Assembly (NCBI RefSeq): GCF_004010195.1
Contig: NC_057758.1
Span: forward strand, 399,598-463,597
Direction of reading: 5' to 3'
From: Chiloscyllium plagiosum
Lineage: Eukaryota
DNA: 64,000 nt
Shown here: positions 50,505 through 62,184 of the stretch, piece after piece
Position numbering within the stretch: the stretch's first letter is position 1
How the letters are laid out: every line of letters begins with the position of its first letter
The notes under the pieces: model-generated
What the model was told of the DNA's origin: nothing
What the model saw: the letters and a program-made list of their open reading frames with translations, nothing else
The model's database searches: none
Program-made: the position numbers and the translations under genes

Positions 50505-51459
50505 GTACAACGAGATCTGGGTGTTCTTGTACACCAGTCAATGAAGGCAATCATGCAGGTACAGCAGGTAGTGAAGAAAGCTAATAGCATGCTGGCCTTC
50601 ATAACAAGAGGGATTGAGAATAGAAGCAAAGAGGTTTTTGTGCAGCTATACAGGGTCCTGGTGAGACTGCACCTGGAATATTGTGTGCAGTTCTGATCTC
50701 CAAATTTGAGGAAAGATATTCTGGCTATTGAGGGAGTGCAGCGTACGTTCACGATGTCAATTCCTGGAATGGCGGGACTATCTTATGTTGAAAGATTGGA
50801 GCGACTAGGCTTGCATACCCTTGAGTTTAGAAGACTGAGAGGGGATCTGATTGAGACGTATAAGGTTATTAAAGGATTGGACACTCTTGAGGCAGGAAAC
50901 ATGTTTCCGCTGATGGGTGAGTCCCGAACCAGAGGACACAGCTTAATAATAAGGGGGAGGGCATTTAGGACGGAGATGAGGAGAAACGTCTTCATCCAGA
51001 GAGTGGTGGGTGTGTGGAATGCTCTGCCCCAGAAGGCAGTGGAGGCCCAGTCTCTGGATTCGTTTAAGAAAGAGTTGGATAGAGCTCTCAAGGATAGTGG
51101 AGTCAAGGGTTATGGAGATAAGGCAGCAATAGGATACTGATTGGGGATGCTCAGCCATGATCATAATGAAAGGTGGTGCAGGCTCGAAGGGCAGAATGGC
51201 GTACTCCTGCACCTATTGTCTGTTGTTTATTGTCTATTGTAGCATTTGCTTGGTCTCACCAATCTCTCATGCTTTCAAGCATCCTTGCCTGCAAGGTATG
51301 ATTTCGACAGCATAAGGTAGGTAACATCAGTCCCTGCCACTTACATGGTGGGTGTTGTCTATACGTGTAATGGTGCAATCTGCACTCTTACATATCTTGC
51401 AATGTTTGCCATGAAAGGGTTATCCGGGTATTATGGTTGATGAAGGCTTGACAATTTGT

Positions 51460-52400
51460 CCTTCTAACGAATCTACAGTCATCCTATAATGAGGCAACCA
51501 GAACGAAACACATCATTCCGGTTGTCATGGAAACGGCGTTTTATTGAGCTGTAGCAAAACCTCGCGGCTCTTAACCTCAATGCCCCTTTAATGCAAGCCA
51601 AAATACCATACACTCTATCAACTTGGGTGGCTACTTTGTGGGGTCTATATATGTCGACCGCAAGATCCCGTTATACCTCAACACTACAAATAATCCTGTC
51701 TTTAACCTGTATTTGGCATTAAGATTCGACCTTCCAAAATGAATTGCTCCATATTTATCGAGGTTGAACTCCACATGCCACTTCTCAACACCGCTCCGCA
51801 TACTGTCAATGTCATTTTGTAGCCTACAAAGTCGTCGACACTATCTACAACATCATCATCTTTTGTATCATTGTCAGACTCACTAACCTGCTCTTCCACT
51901 TCTTCATTTAAGTCAGTTATAAAAACTACAAAGGGCAGATACCCAAGCAAAGATCCCTACGAGCCACCACTGATCACGGACATCCAGGCGGAATACTTTG
52001 CATTGCTTCCCCTCATGTCTTCTTTTGGCTAGCCCGTGCTGTATCTGGCAGCCAATGTTCCCTGTATCCCGTATCTTCTAACTTTCTGAATGAATCTAAC
52101 ATGGGGAACTTATCAAATGCCTTACTGAAATCCATACACACCACATCTACGGCTCGACCAACCTCAAGTCGTCTCATCACATCCTGAAAGAACTGAATAA
52201 GACTTGGGAGGCTTGACCTGCCCCTCACAAATGCTGTCTTCCTTTAATCAAAGTATGTTTTGTCCAAGTAATAATAATCCTATCTCTCAGCATTGTTTCC
52301 AGTACCTTTCTTACCACAGAGGTAAGACTAATGGGTGGCTAATTTCCAGGGATTTCAATCTTCCCTTTCTTGAACAGAGGAACAACATTCGCTTCCCTCC
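51460..52400 (-). mobile_element. CR1 RT fragment
   Basis: GRAVDVVCMDFSKAFDK. Confidence 0.82.
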
Positions 52401-53604
52401 AAACAAACAGAAATTGTCAGAACGATGAAAACGCAGAAAATGGAGTGAAAGAGGGAGAAAGGATAACAGACAGATCGAGGAAGGTGGAATGTCAGAAAAA
52501 TGATGAAGACAAAGCGAGGAATGAAGAACAGAAGCACAGGAATACATGTACAAAGAAAATAATGACACTTGGATACTCGGAGCGCTTCAGGTATTGAGCG
52601 AGTCCAGGAAGGATATGTGGGAGGAACAGGGGAGGAACAAACGATGAACAACAGTGAGGGTATAGGAGGGCGTTCGCTGGAGAAAGAAAGAGGGAAAGAA
52701 AAAAACACAACCGATTTGTTTGTCGATGGGACAGTGCGTGGGATGCCAATGTGAAATGTTCATTTGTGTTGTCAGAAATGAAAGCAATGGCACGGCTATT
52801 TAAGCCCAGCTGCTGAGTTTGTGCCACTTCCCTTCTTCTCAGGGAGCAAAACCAGCGTGGAATATCAATGGACTGGCTATGGACTGTTTATTCCGTAGAA
52901 TATCAGTCGTGTGAAAGAGACATATCAAATATCTCATTTATTTCCCAACTGATGCAGAGAACCAGCAATGAAGTTACTCAACCAATCCAGAAAACGGTAA
53001 TTCTGCACGAGATGGTAATTGTGTTTACTATCTTCACAGATGCTGCGAGGCATGCTGAATTTCTTCATCATGTTTTTTGTTTATAATGTTACTGAAGAGG
53101 CTGCTGGACAAATCGTGTGTGCTGAGAAAATGTAGCTTTAATGAGAAGGAAACACCAATTGTAAAAATTGACCAATAAAGTGAGCTTTGACATCGATGGA
53201 CTGAGTGAGGACTGTTTCCTCCACAGAATGTCAGTCTTGTGAAAAAGTTCTGTAAAATTTCTCATTGATGACCTCTCACACATAATGTATCCACCCCCTA
53301 CAATATCCTGATCCAGTGTTCTGAGAATTAAGAAGACATGCGGACCTACCATCCCGTTGCTTGATATTAAATGAAACTAGATTGAAGTTTCCGAACACAC
53401 GTCTTCGATCTCGATGGATGAAATTAAACCATTTGTTTTTCATGTGCATACTCAAATCTACAATCATCAGATAAAGTCTCTGAATGCAGGGTGTGCTGTA
53501 TTCTATGAAGAATGTCCTCTTTACTCAACAAAGAATTAGGAAAACAGAAAAGAGTTGTTATATCAAAGGTTAAAATCAAATGAACTGCGGATGTTGTAAA
53601 TGAG

Positions 53605-53710
53605 AACAAAGAAAACAAAATTTTCTGGAAAAGCTCAGGAGCTCTGGCATCAGCAGTGAAGTGGAACCAGAGATAATGTTTCTGGTCCAGTGATCCTTGC
53701 TCAGAACCTA
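53605..53710 (-). mobile_element. Old PLE 3' terminus with decayed hammerhead
   Basis: Minus strand GTTCTGAGCAAGGATCACTGGACCAGAAACATTATC. Confidence 0.5.
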
Positions 53711-53844
53711 CATCATAGGCAGTATCGGAAATCCAAGAATATAGAAATGAATGTGCACTATTTAGCCAATTAATACCATTCTTTCTGTTGGAAAAATACA
53801 TGGGAAGAAACCTGCATTAAGCAGTACCATTTGCTGTGCTGAAG

Positions 53845-54761
53845 TCATTTCAACGAATTCGGTCTACCATATCTCCGAATTAAAATCCATGGAGATTTTG
53901 CCATATTCTTCAGCTCTGCTCTGAATTTGCTCTGGGCCGCTGCATAAATACAAGGGTTTAAGAAACAACTAAAATACTTCAAGATATCTGCCGTTTCCAT
54001 GGCGATAAATTCAGGATCTGTGAATTTCCCTCTGTAATAAATGGTCCCTGTAAGTTTTGTAATGCCTAAAGCCACAGCAAGTGGCAACCACAGCAAAAGA
54101 AAACATATTGTGATAGAGAATAATAAAATGATAGACCTTCTGCGGTTCTCCATTTCTGAGTCACTTTCATTCTCACTCTTCGAGCTCCGGAGGCCAGTGC
54201 GCGTTCTATTCGCCAATACAATACGTTTGACAATTAGTGAATTGCACAAGACAATCAGAGAAAAGGGAATCCAAACGACACAGGCGCTGTAAAACCAGAC
54301 ATACCCTATACCTGCAGAAGATGAGAAAAATGCTTCACTTGACCGGCAGCCCCACTGCACATTGTTAATTATTTGTTGGGGTTCATAAGCAAACAAAACT
54401 GGTATTTCCTTCAATACGATCACAACGGTGATGGTTATTACCAGCATAGTTGCAGTTCTTTGGGTACAGTACTGTGCTTTAATCTTTGAGCAGCAGATTA
54501 CTACAAATCGGTCAAACGTGAAAGAGACAACACACCAAACAGACAAATCTGGAGTGATAGCAGTCAAATAAATTATGACTGTACAAAGAGGGGTATGGGA
54601 AAGGAATGACCAAGGAAAGTGATAAGTGAATATGTAATAGAGTATTACATTATTGATTAGGACCAGCAGATCTGTTGTTGCCATGGCCAGCATGTAAACA
54701 GTGACACATTTAGAAAGGCCACATTTTCGCTGTGAAATAATCCAAATTGTGGCCAGATTTG
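53845..54761 (-). CDS. GPR139/GPR142-like class A GPCR, exon 2 (apparently intact; 328 aa with exon 1)
   Basis: Acceptor TTTCTCTCACAG|CA AAT; open frame (A)NLATIWIISQRKCGLSKCVTVYMLAMATTDLLV..PLC..FTFDRF..WGC..DSEMENRRRSIILL..LLWLP..LNPCIY..SKFRAELK; seven hydrophobic segments when joined to exon 1. Confidence 0.93.
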
Positions 54762-55009
54762 CTGTGAGAGAAACAGAAGTGAATATTATTACTATACCAA
54801 ATGCTTCCAGTATTTTATCATAATTGTTGAAATATGGTAATGTGAGTCTTTTTTAAATTCCATTAATAATATATGAAAAAATATTTCATCAATTACAACG
54901 GAGATCAGATTGTAAGGAATAACAAACATGCAGGATTATTAAGCAACATAATTGAAACACTACCAGGATGAAGTGAACGCAGAGGTCAGAACAAAAGATT
55001 CATTGAATC

Positions 55010-55322
55010 ACTGTGGAGGGAGGACGGTTTGCCGAAAGCGTCCATGCCAACTTGCTGAAGACCAAACTGCCCAGATGTACTCCCCTGCCCTATTCTTGAT
55101 GTAATTATGCATCGACCTTAGCTAACCGAGCAAGCCTGCATGTCCCTGGACACGATGGGGAATTTCGCTTGGCCATTGCTCATGACCTGCTCATCTTTGT
55201 CTGTGGGTCGAAAGTGGAGCCGCTGTTGGAAACTCACAAGGACACCGGGAGAACAAACAAACTCCACCTCGAAAATCGCCCAAAGCAGGATTCAAAACCG
55301 GTTTCCTGGCACTGTGAGCCAC
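55010..55322 (-). mobile_element. Degraded HE1-type SINE in the intron, same position as the SINE in pseudogene A
   Basis: Reverse-complement SINE body; flanks align with 3120-3330. Confidence 0.7.
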
Positions 55323-55349
55323 GATAGATAGATAGATAGATAGATAGAT
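55323..55349. repeat. (GATA)n microsatellite
   Basis: GATAGATAGATAGATAGATAGATAGAT. Confidence 0.95.
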
Positions 55350-55372
55350 GGGGAAATTGATCTACAGAGAGA

Positions 55373-58300
55373 GCATAGAACATAGAAAAGTACAGCATAG
55401 AACAGGTCCTTAAGCCCGCAAAGTTATGTTGAGGTTTAATCCTAATGTAAAATATAATAACTTAACCTAAACACACCTCAACTTACTGCTATCCATGTGC
55501 ATGTCTGGCCGCCGCTTGAATGTCCCTAATGACTCTGCTTCCACGACCACCGCTGGCAATGTATTGCAAGCATTCACAACTCTCTGCGTAGAGGAGCTAC
55601 CTCTGACGATTCCTCTATACTTTTCTCGTAATATCTCAAAACTGTGACCCCTCGTACCAGTCAATCTTGCCCTGCGGAAATGACTCTGTCTATCCCTCTC
55701 ACGATCTTGCATACCTCGACCAGTTCTCCTCTCTTCCTCCTTCTCTCCAGAGGGAAAAGTCCGAGCTTATTCAACCTATCTTCATAAGGCAAGCCCTCCA
55801 GTCCAAGAACCATCCTGATGAACCTTCTTTGCACCCTCTCCAAAGCCTCTATATCGTTCCTACAGTAGGGCCATCAGAACTGGATACAATATTGTGATAT
55901 CACCAGGGATTTGTAGAATTGTAGCAAAAACATCGCGGCTCTTAAACTCAATTCCCCTGTTAATGAAAGGCAAAACATCATAACCACTTGGGTGGAAACT
56001 TTTAGGGATCTATGTACTTGCACACGCATATTCCTCTGTTCCTCCACTCTGCCAAGAATTCTGTCTTCAATCCTGCATGCAACATTTCAGTTCGACTTTC
56101 TAAAAATGCATCACTTCGCATTTATCCAGAATGAACTTCATCTACCATTTCTCAGCCCAGTTCTGCATCCTGTCTATGTCGCGCTGCAGCCTGCAATAGC
56201 ACTCGATACGATCAATGGCACATCCAACCGTTGTGTCATCTGCAAATTTACTAACCCACCCCTCATCCTCCTCATCCAAGTTATTTATAAAAACGACAAA
56301 GAATTGAGGTCCAAGAACAGAGCCCTGTGGGAACCCACTCATCACTGACCTCCAGGTAGAATACTTTTCAAATACAACCGCTCTCTGCCTTCTGTCAGCC
56401 AACCAGTTCTGAATCCAGATTGCCAAATCTCCCTATATCCCTAACTTCCTGGCTTTATGAATGAGCCTACCATGGGGTACCTTATCAAATGCTTTGCTGA
56501 AGTCCATATACACCACAGCCACTGCTCGACTTTTGTTGACCTGTCTTGTCACCTCCTCAAAGAACTCAATAAGATTTGTGAGGCATGACCTCCCCCTCAC
56601 AAAGCCATGTTGAGTGCCTTTAATCACACTATGCTTTGCCAAATAGTTATATATCCTATCATTCAGAACTCTTTCCAAAAATTTGCTGACCACAGCCGTA
56701 CGACTGACTGGTCTCTAATTGCCAGGGATTTCCCTATTGACCTTCTTGAAAAGTGGAACAACATCTGCCTCCTTCCAATCCTCTATGCGACTCTCGTGGA
56801 GGCGAAGATCCTCGCCAGCGACTGAACAACCTCCGGTCTCGCTTCCCGGAGCATCTTACTGTAAATCTGGTCTGGCTCTGGGGACTTATCAATCTTAATG
56901 TTTTCCAAAATTTCCAGCACATAAACTTCATCAATTTTAATCTGTCAAGCCTGTATCCCAGCACCTCAAAGTTTTCATTCATAACAAGATCCATTTCATT
57001 AATGAAAACCGAAGCCAAGAACTCATTTAGGTCTTCCCCATCGGCTCAGACTCCATGCACAAGTTCCCTGTGCTATCACTTACCGGCCCTACGTACGTCC
57101 TGATCATTCCCTTATTCCTAACGTATGAGTAAAATGCATTTGTGTTCTCCCTAATCCTTCTTGCCAAGCCTTTTTCGTGCCTCCTCCTGGCTCTCCTCAG
57201 TCCATCTCTGAGCTCCTTTCTAGCAAGCCTGTACTCTTCTAAAGCTGTGCTAAATGCTTGCTTCCTCCACCTTACGTAAGCTGCTTCTTCATTCTGAAGA
57301 GATACTCCTCTGTTCTCGTCATCCTTACCCATTCCTACTTGTCTTAGAGGAATAAATGCTTGCAACACCTATTGATTACATTGTCTCCACATGTCTGTTG
57401 TGCCCTTTCTGTGGAACAATTGCTCCCAGTTTGTAATTCCCAACTCCTGTCTCACAGCGTCATAATTTCCTTTTCCCCAATTAAATATCTTCCCTTGGTA
57501 ACTGCTCCTTTCCCACTCTAAGGCTACGGTAAATGTGAGCCAGTTGTGATCACTGTCACCAAAGTGTTCTCCCACCGTGAGATCTCACACCTGTCCTGGG
57601 TCATTGCCGAGCACCAAATCCAAAATGGCCTCTCCTCTCGTCGGTCTGTCCACATACTGAGTAAGAACATAGAACATAGAACATAGAACATAGAACATGA
57701 GATCTCACACCTGTCCTGGGTCATTGCCGAGCACCAAATCCAAAATGGCCTCTCCTCTCGTCGGTCTGTCCACATACTGAGTAAGGAAACCATCCTGAAC
57801 ACACCTGACAAATACGGCCCCCAATCCATCTGCAATTCGGAGGTTCCAATCGATTTTGGGAAAGTGGAAATCGCCCATAACAATAACCGTGCTACATCTG
57901 CATTTTTCCAAAATCTGCCCGCCTATGAGTTCTTCAAGTTCTCTACTGCAATTAGGTGGTCTGTAGAAAACTCCCAATGCGGTGGCTGTTCCCTTTCTGT
58001 TCCTAACTTCCACCCATACTGACTCAGTAGACAAACTTTCCTCAACAACCTACGTTTCTGCAGCTGTGATGCTCTCTCTGATTAGCAATGCTGCACCCTC
58101 TCTTTTTTTCCACCCTCCCTACTTTTGGAAAAGTTCTAAATCCTGGAACATCAAGCAACCATTCCTGCCCCTGTTAAACCCATGTCTCAGTTATGGTCAC
58201 AAAATCGTAGCCACAAGTACAGATCCATGTACTGTGTACATCACTCTTATTTCAGACACTCCTTGCATTAAAGCAGACCCACTTTAACCGGTTCCTTTGT

Positions 58301-59065
58301 TTCATCGCGTGAGAAACAGTCCCGATAGATTTAATACATCATGTTACTGCCCCATCTGCAACTGTCCCCTCTCAGATATGTGGCTCTGATCCCAACAACC
58401 CGCCAAACTAGTTTAAACCCTCCTGGATCACACGAGCAAATCTCGCACTCAGGACATTTGTGCTCCTCCAGTTCAGGTGCGACCCGTCCTTCTTGTAAAG
58501 GTCCCACCTTCCCCAGAAGGTATCGCAATAGTTTCTGAAGCCCTTCCTCTTGCACGAGCTTCAAAGACACATGTTAAGCTACATTTGCTGACTGTTCTTC
58601 ACCTCACTATCTCGGGCACCGGTAGCAAATCTGAGATCACAACTCTACTTGTCCTGCTCTTCAGCTGCCAACCTAACTCTCTGTAGTCACTTTTCACATC
58701 CTCAACCTCTTTCCTGGCTATATCAATCATGCCAATGTGTATCACGATTTCTGGCTGTTCACCCTCCCCCTTAAGAATCTTGTTAACACAATCAGCGACA
58801 TCCTAGACCCTGGCATTGCGGAGGCAACATACCTTCCGGGAGTCCCGTTTCTGACCACAACATTTCCTGTCAATCCGCCTAACTATGGAGTCCATTATCA
58901 ATAGCGCTTTTCTATTCTCCCATCTTCCCTTATGAGCCACAGTGCCAGGCTCAGTGCCAGAGACCTGACAACTATGGTTTTCCCCTGGTAGGCTATCCCA
59001 ACCAGCAGTATCCAAAATGGTATACTTATTGGAGAGGGGAAAGACACAGGGGATCCCTGCTCTGA
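55373..59065 (-). mobile_element. Long CR1 (part of ORF1, EN, RT, tail) in the GPCR intron, sense to the gene
   Basis: ESVWVEVRN..GVFYRPPN..MGDFHFP, GDSDHN, YMDFSKAFDK, FADDT; (AGAACAT)n tail at about 55373. Confidence 0.92.
57578..57785. repeat. Perfect 88-bp direct duplication flanking 32 bp of CR1 tail repeat
   Basis: 57578-57665 identical to 57698-57785; spacer AACATAGAACATAGAACATAGAACATAGAACA. Confidence 0.95.
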
Positions 59066-59296
59066 CCAGTGGTTCAACTACTTCTCAAAATCATTTGCTA
59101 TGAAACGTTGACATGGAACAAATTGGTCGCTTGACTCAAAATGCGAATAACCAAGCAAATAGATGAAAGCGGTACAAAGGAGTACAATACTGGTGACCCT
59201 GATGCTGGACCGGGAAACACTGCCTGCTCCAGTGGGTGTAAAATATTTTGGAAATAGTTAATTAGGAAAAACAGTTTTAAAAATAAATTGACTCAC

Positions 59297-59366
59297 CGGG
59301 AAGAGCAACCAGTGCAAGTAATGGGTAGTAAATCTCTTTTACCAGCAGAATTGCAGGCTTACTCAT
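59297..59366 (-). CDS. GPR139-like GPCR exon 1 (MSKPAILLVKEIYYPLLALVALP + G)
   Basis: AAAATG start, 70 bp, canonical donor CCCG|GTGAGT, phase 1 matches exon 2 (G+CA = Ala); supplies TM1; paralogous exon at 3941-4010. Confidence 0.9.
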
Positions 59367-59435
59367 TTTGTGTGACAGTGAAGGACTTCGGTATTGCTGA
59401 AATACTCAGATTAGCCACATCCAAGGCATGGAAGT

Positions 59436-59525
59436 GAATCTATATTTATGCATGCATTAAACCTTTGGGGAATCAAACAATTGCATTACTCACGTTAATC
59501 ACAGTCATTTAACAAATATAGTCAG
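59436..59525 (-). promoter_or_regulatory. Putative proximal promoter: TATA-like CATAAATATAG and forkhead-like TATTTGTT
   Basis: About 75 and 145 bp upstream of the ATG; two blocks identical to those of pseudogene A. Confidence 0.6.
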
Positions 59526-60501
59526 GTAAGTTGTTGTTTGGCTGGAGCAATAGATGAAAAAAAACAAGACGTTCAAAGTGGAATATCAAGTAAATAGCGA
59601 CCAAAGTAGCAATGGGAAGTATTTCTTGATAACAATTGGCCTTTCAGTATCTGTGGTTAACCTCTACGATCAAAAATCCTTCTGAAAGTTTATTAAACAC
59701 CCATATTCTACTTCTGGTAACAGCCCTCTGACATATGTACGCTCTTGATTTCTTTCATCTTTAGAATCTCCCACTTTGGTCAATGAACATTTCTGGTCGT
59801 CCTTTATCGGGTCTCCGAAGCTTTTCGTATCTCTGCATTCACTTGGGCAAGTTGGTGTCTGTGTGTCTTGAATGCTGAGTTTCAGGCAGCTATATCATTT
59901 GCCCCCGTGCAACAGGATCAATTTGTCTACCTTCGTGGATACTTCTGTCTGATGTATTTTGGCCAATGACAATCGACAAATGATTGAATCCTTCAGCTAC
60001 AGAGTGACTCCCCACCTCTATTGTTTGCTGAGTGTCTGAAAGCTTTCTATCCATCTTAATGTGAAAATGAGTGCTCTCAGATACAATGCTGACTTTGTAA
60101 TTATGCATACTGCCACTGGTGAAGCTGCTGTTGTCTGGCCTACTGACTTCAATATTACAGAATCTGAGCGCCAGCTATGGACATGTCCTCCTATCTCTCC
60201 ATGGATAACGACTAACATCAATGGAACGTCATGCCATTGTGTCCCCAGTTATCACGAGCCTCATTTCGTCCGGTGATTCCCCTGTACTGCATCTCAACCA
60301 TTATCAGCCCGCTCTTATCTCCGTCCCATAATCCACAAATAGGCCTACCTCAGGTATATCTGTTGTTTCTGACCGTTCTTGCCCGATAGAACTCAATTCG
60401 TTCTTCATCGACGTGACATTTGTCCCCCTTTTCAGACCCTTCCCACACACATTCGTCAGTTCTCTGTCATTTTAAATCAGTTTATCCAATTCCCAGTATC
60501 T

Positions 60502-60552
60502 GTGTGCGTGTGTGTATGTGTGTGTGTGTGTTTTGGGGGTGGGGGGGGGTGT
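60502..60552. repeat. (TG)n microsatellite and G run
   Basis: Direct inspection. Confidence 0.9.
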
Positions 60553-60769
60553 ACAGCCGCTTTCTACTTGTCAGGCCCGCGCAATTCCTTTCACGCGCAT
60601 CCCCTAACAGAGTGGTGTCAGGGTCGTTCACTTCTTTCTGCAAAATGTCTCAACTGTCCCAGTCCATTGTCACTCTCCGACTTCTGGTCGAGAATGTCTT
60701 TTCGCTGAAAGACATCTCTTCTAATACTGCTCATTTTATTTAGGACAAACGTGAGCTCTACCCTGCTCA

Positions 60770-62065
60770 CGGTCAACAAATCTATCTCTGAATTCTTATT
60801 TTTTACCTACGCTATCTTTGTTTCCATTTCTGGGTATAGGTTGGCCACCAACATACTCGACAAACCCACTGACCCCCACAGTTACCTTAACACAAAATTC
60901 TCACATCCTATTTCCTGGAAGGACTCCATTCCATTCTACCAGTTCCTCTGCCTCTGCCTCATCTGTTCTGATTATGCAAACTTCGATAAAGGGACTTCTG
61001 AAATGTACACTTCGTTCCTCAATCGAGGATTACCCAGTATCGTATTTCTCAGGGTCCTCAATGGCATGTGATCCATCTCCCACACTTCATACCGTACGCT
61101 CTTTCTTCACACCCACAACAGAGATAAAGTTACCTGCATGTTCAACTAAAATCCCACCAGCATCCACATGCATGGCATCATTATGCTCCATGTCCGTCAC
61201 CTCCGACGGGATGCCACAACTAGGTACAGATTCCCTTCCCCTCCTTTCCCACATATCCACAAAGACCATTGCCTATTGGTCATCTTTGTCGATTTCTTCT
61301 TTACTCCCTCCACTTACCTGCCACATCGCAGCAGCTTCCTATGCAATTGGAGGAAGTGTAACTGTTTACTTCCTGCCTCCTCGCCATCCAAGTTCGCAGA
61401 GACAACGTCTTGATGAAGGAACGCTTCACCTGCACCAGTCTCCTGTACATTCGGGAGACAAAGAGCAGACTGGGTGATGACTTTGAGAAATTTCATATGC
61501 TGTCCAACAATAATGACTCTGAGATTCTAGCTGCTTGCCAATTCAAAACCACCACCGTGCTCTCTGCCGGATATCTCTGCAAAGCCTTTACAGCACTGTT
61601 CCAGCAAAGTTCAGGACACGCTGAAAGAGCAGGGCCTCGTTTTAGCTTTGGGAATCCTTCAGAGATCTGCACATAATATCAAGTTCAATACGTTTACGGT
61701 TTTCCATAATTCCCGCACACCTGGCCTTGTCACCACATAGACTGCTCCAACACATTACACATTGGAAGCAACTAATAGTTGCCATTTGCAGTTATTCACT
61801 CCCACTGACTGACTTATATCCTCTCATTTGTCCATCCAAATATTTATTTCTAATTTTCTTTCTCTCCATTTGAAGTTTACTCTCTCCCTCTACCTCCTCT
61901 CCCCCATATTCTGTTTCAAAAACATTCATTTTCGAGCTATCATCAGTTCCGAAGACGGGTCACTGAAACCAAGATTTTAACTCTGATTTGTCTTCACTGG
62001 TGCCTCCAGACCTGGTGTCGCTTTCCACGAATTCTTGTTTTTGTTTGAGAATTCCAGTACCCATA
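60770..62065 (+). mobile_element. Penelope-like element 3' half (RT thumb, GIY-YIG, 3' UTR), degraded
   Basis: LATNILDKPTDPHSYL..SHPISWKDSIPFYQFL..FLNRG; RFTCTS..LYIRETKSRLGD; decayed hammerhead-like CCGAAGACGGGTCACTG..ACC at about 61950. Confidence 0.82.
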
Positions 62066-62184
62066 ATTATTTAGTCTTGCTGCCTTCTGTACCAGCATCT
62101 GAACTTCTAACGGGCATCAATCAGTCTCAGCATCGCTCCTACTCAGGTATGGTTCATATATTGTCATTGTTAGAATATACAAAA

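Larger units (their letters stand above)
48578..51240 (+). mobile_element. CR1 LINE, second subfamily with (TATTGTC)-type tail
   Basis: VPLFKKG..YLDFQKAFDKVPH..SKFADDTK; tail CTATTGTCTGTTGTTTATTGTCTATTGT. Confidence 0.92.
43570..51460 (-). mobile_element. Penelope-like element split into three pieces (43570-43800, 48090-48577, 51241-51460) by two CR1 insertions
   Basis: Minus strand CRQGCLKA*EIGETKQML (about 51290-51241) rejoins RHQINGH..QIAKFGRHG (48577-48390), a GIY-YIG endonuclease; (CA)/(CT) microsatellite; terminus at 43570 matches the 11732 element. Confidence 0.75.
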
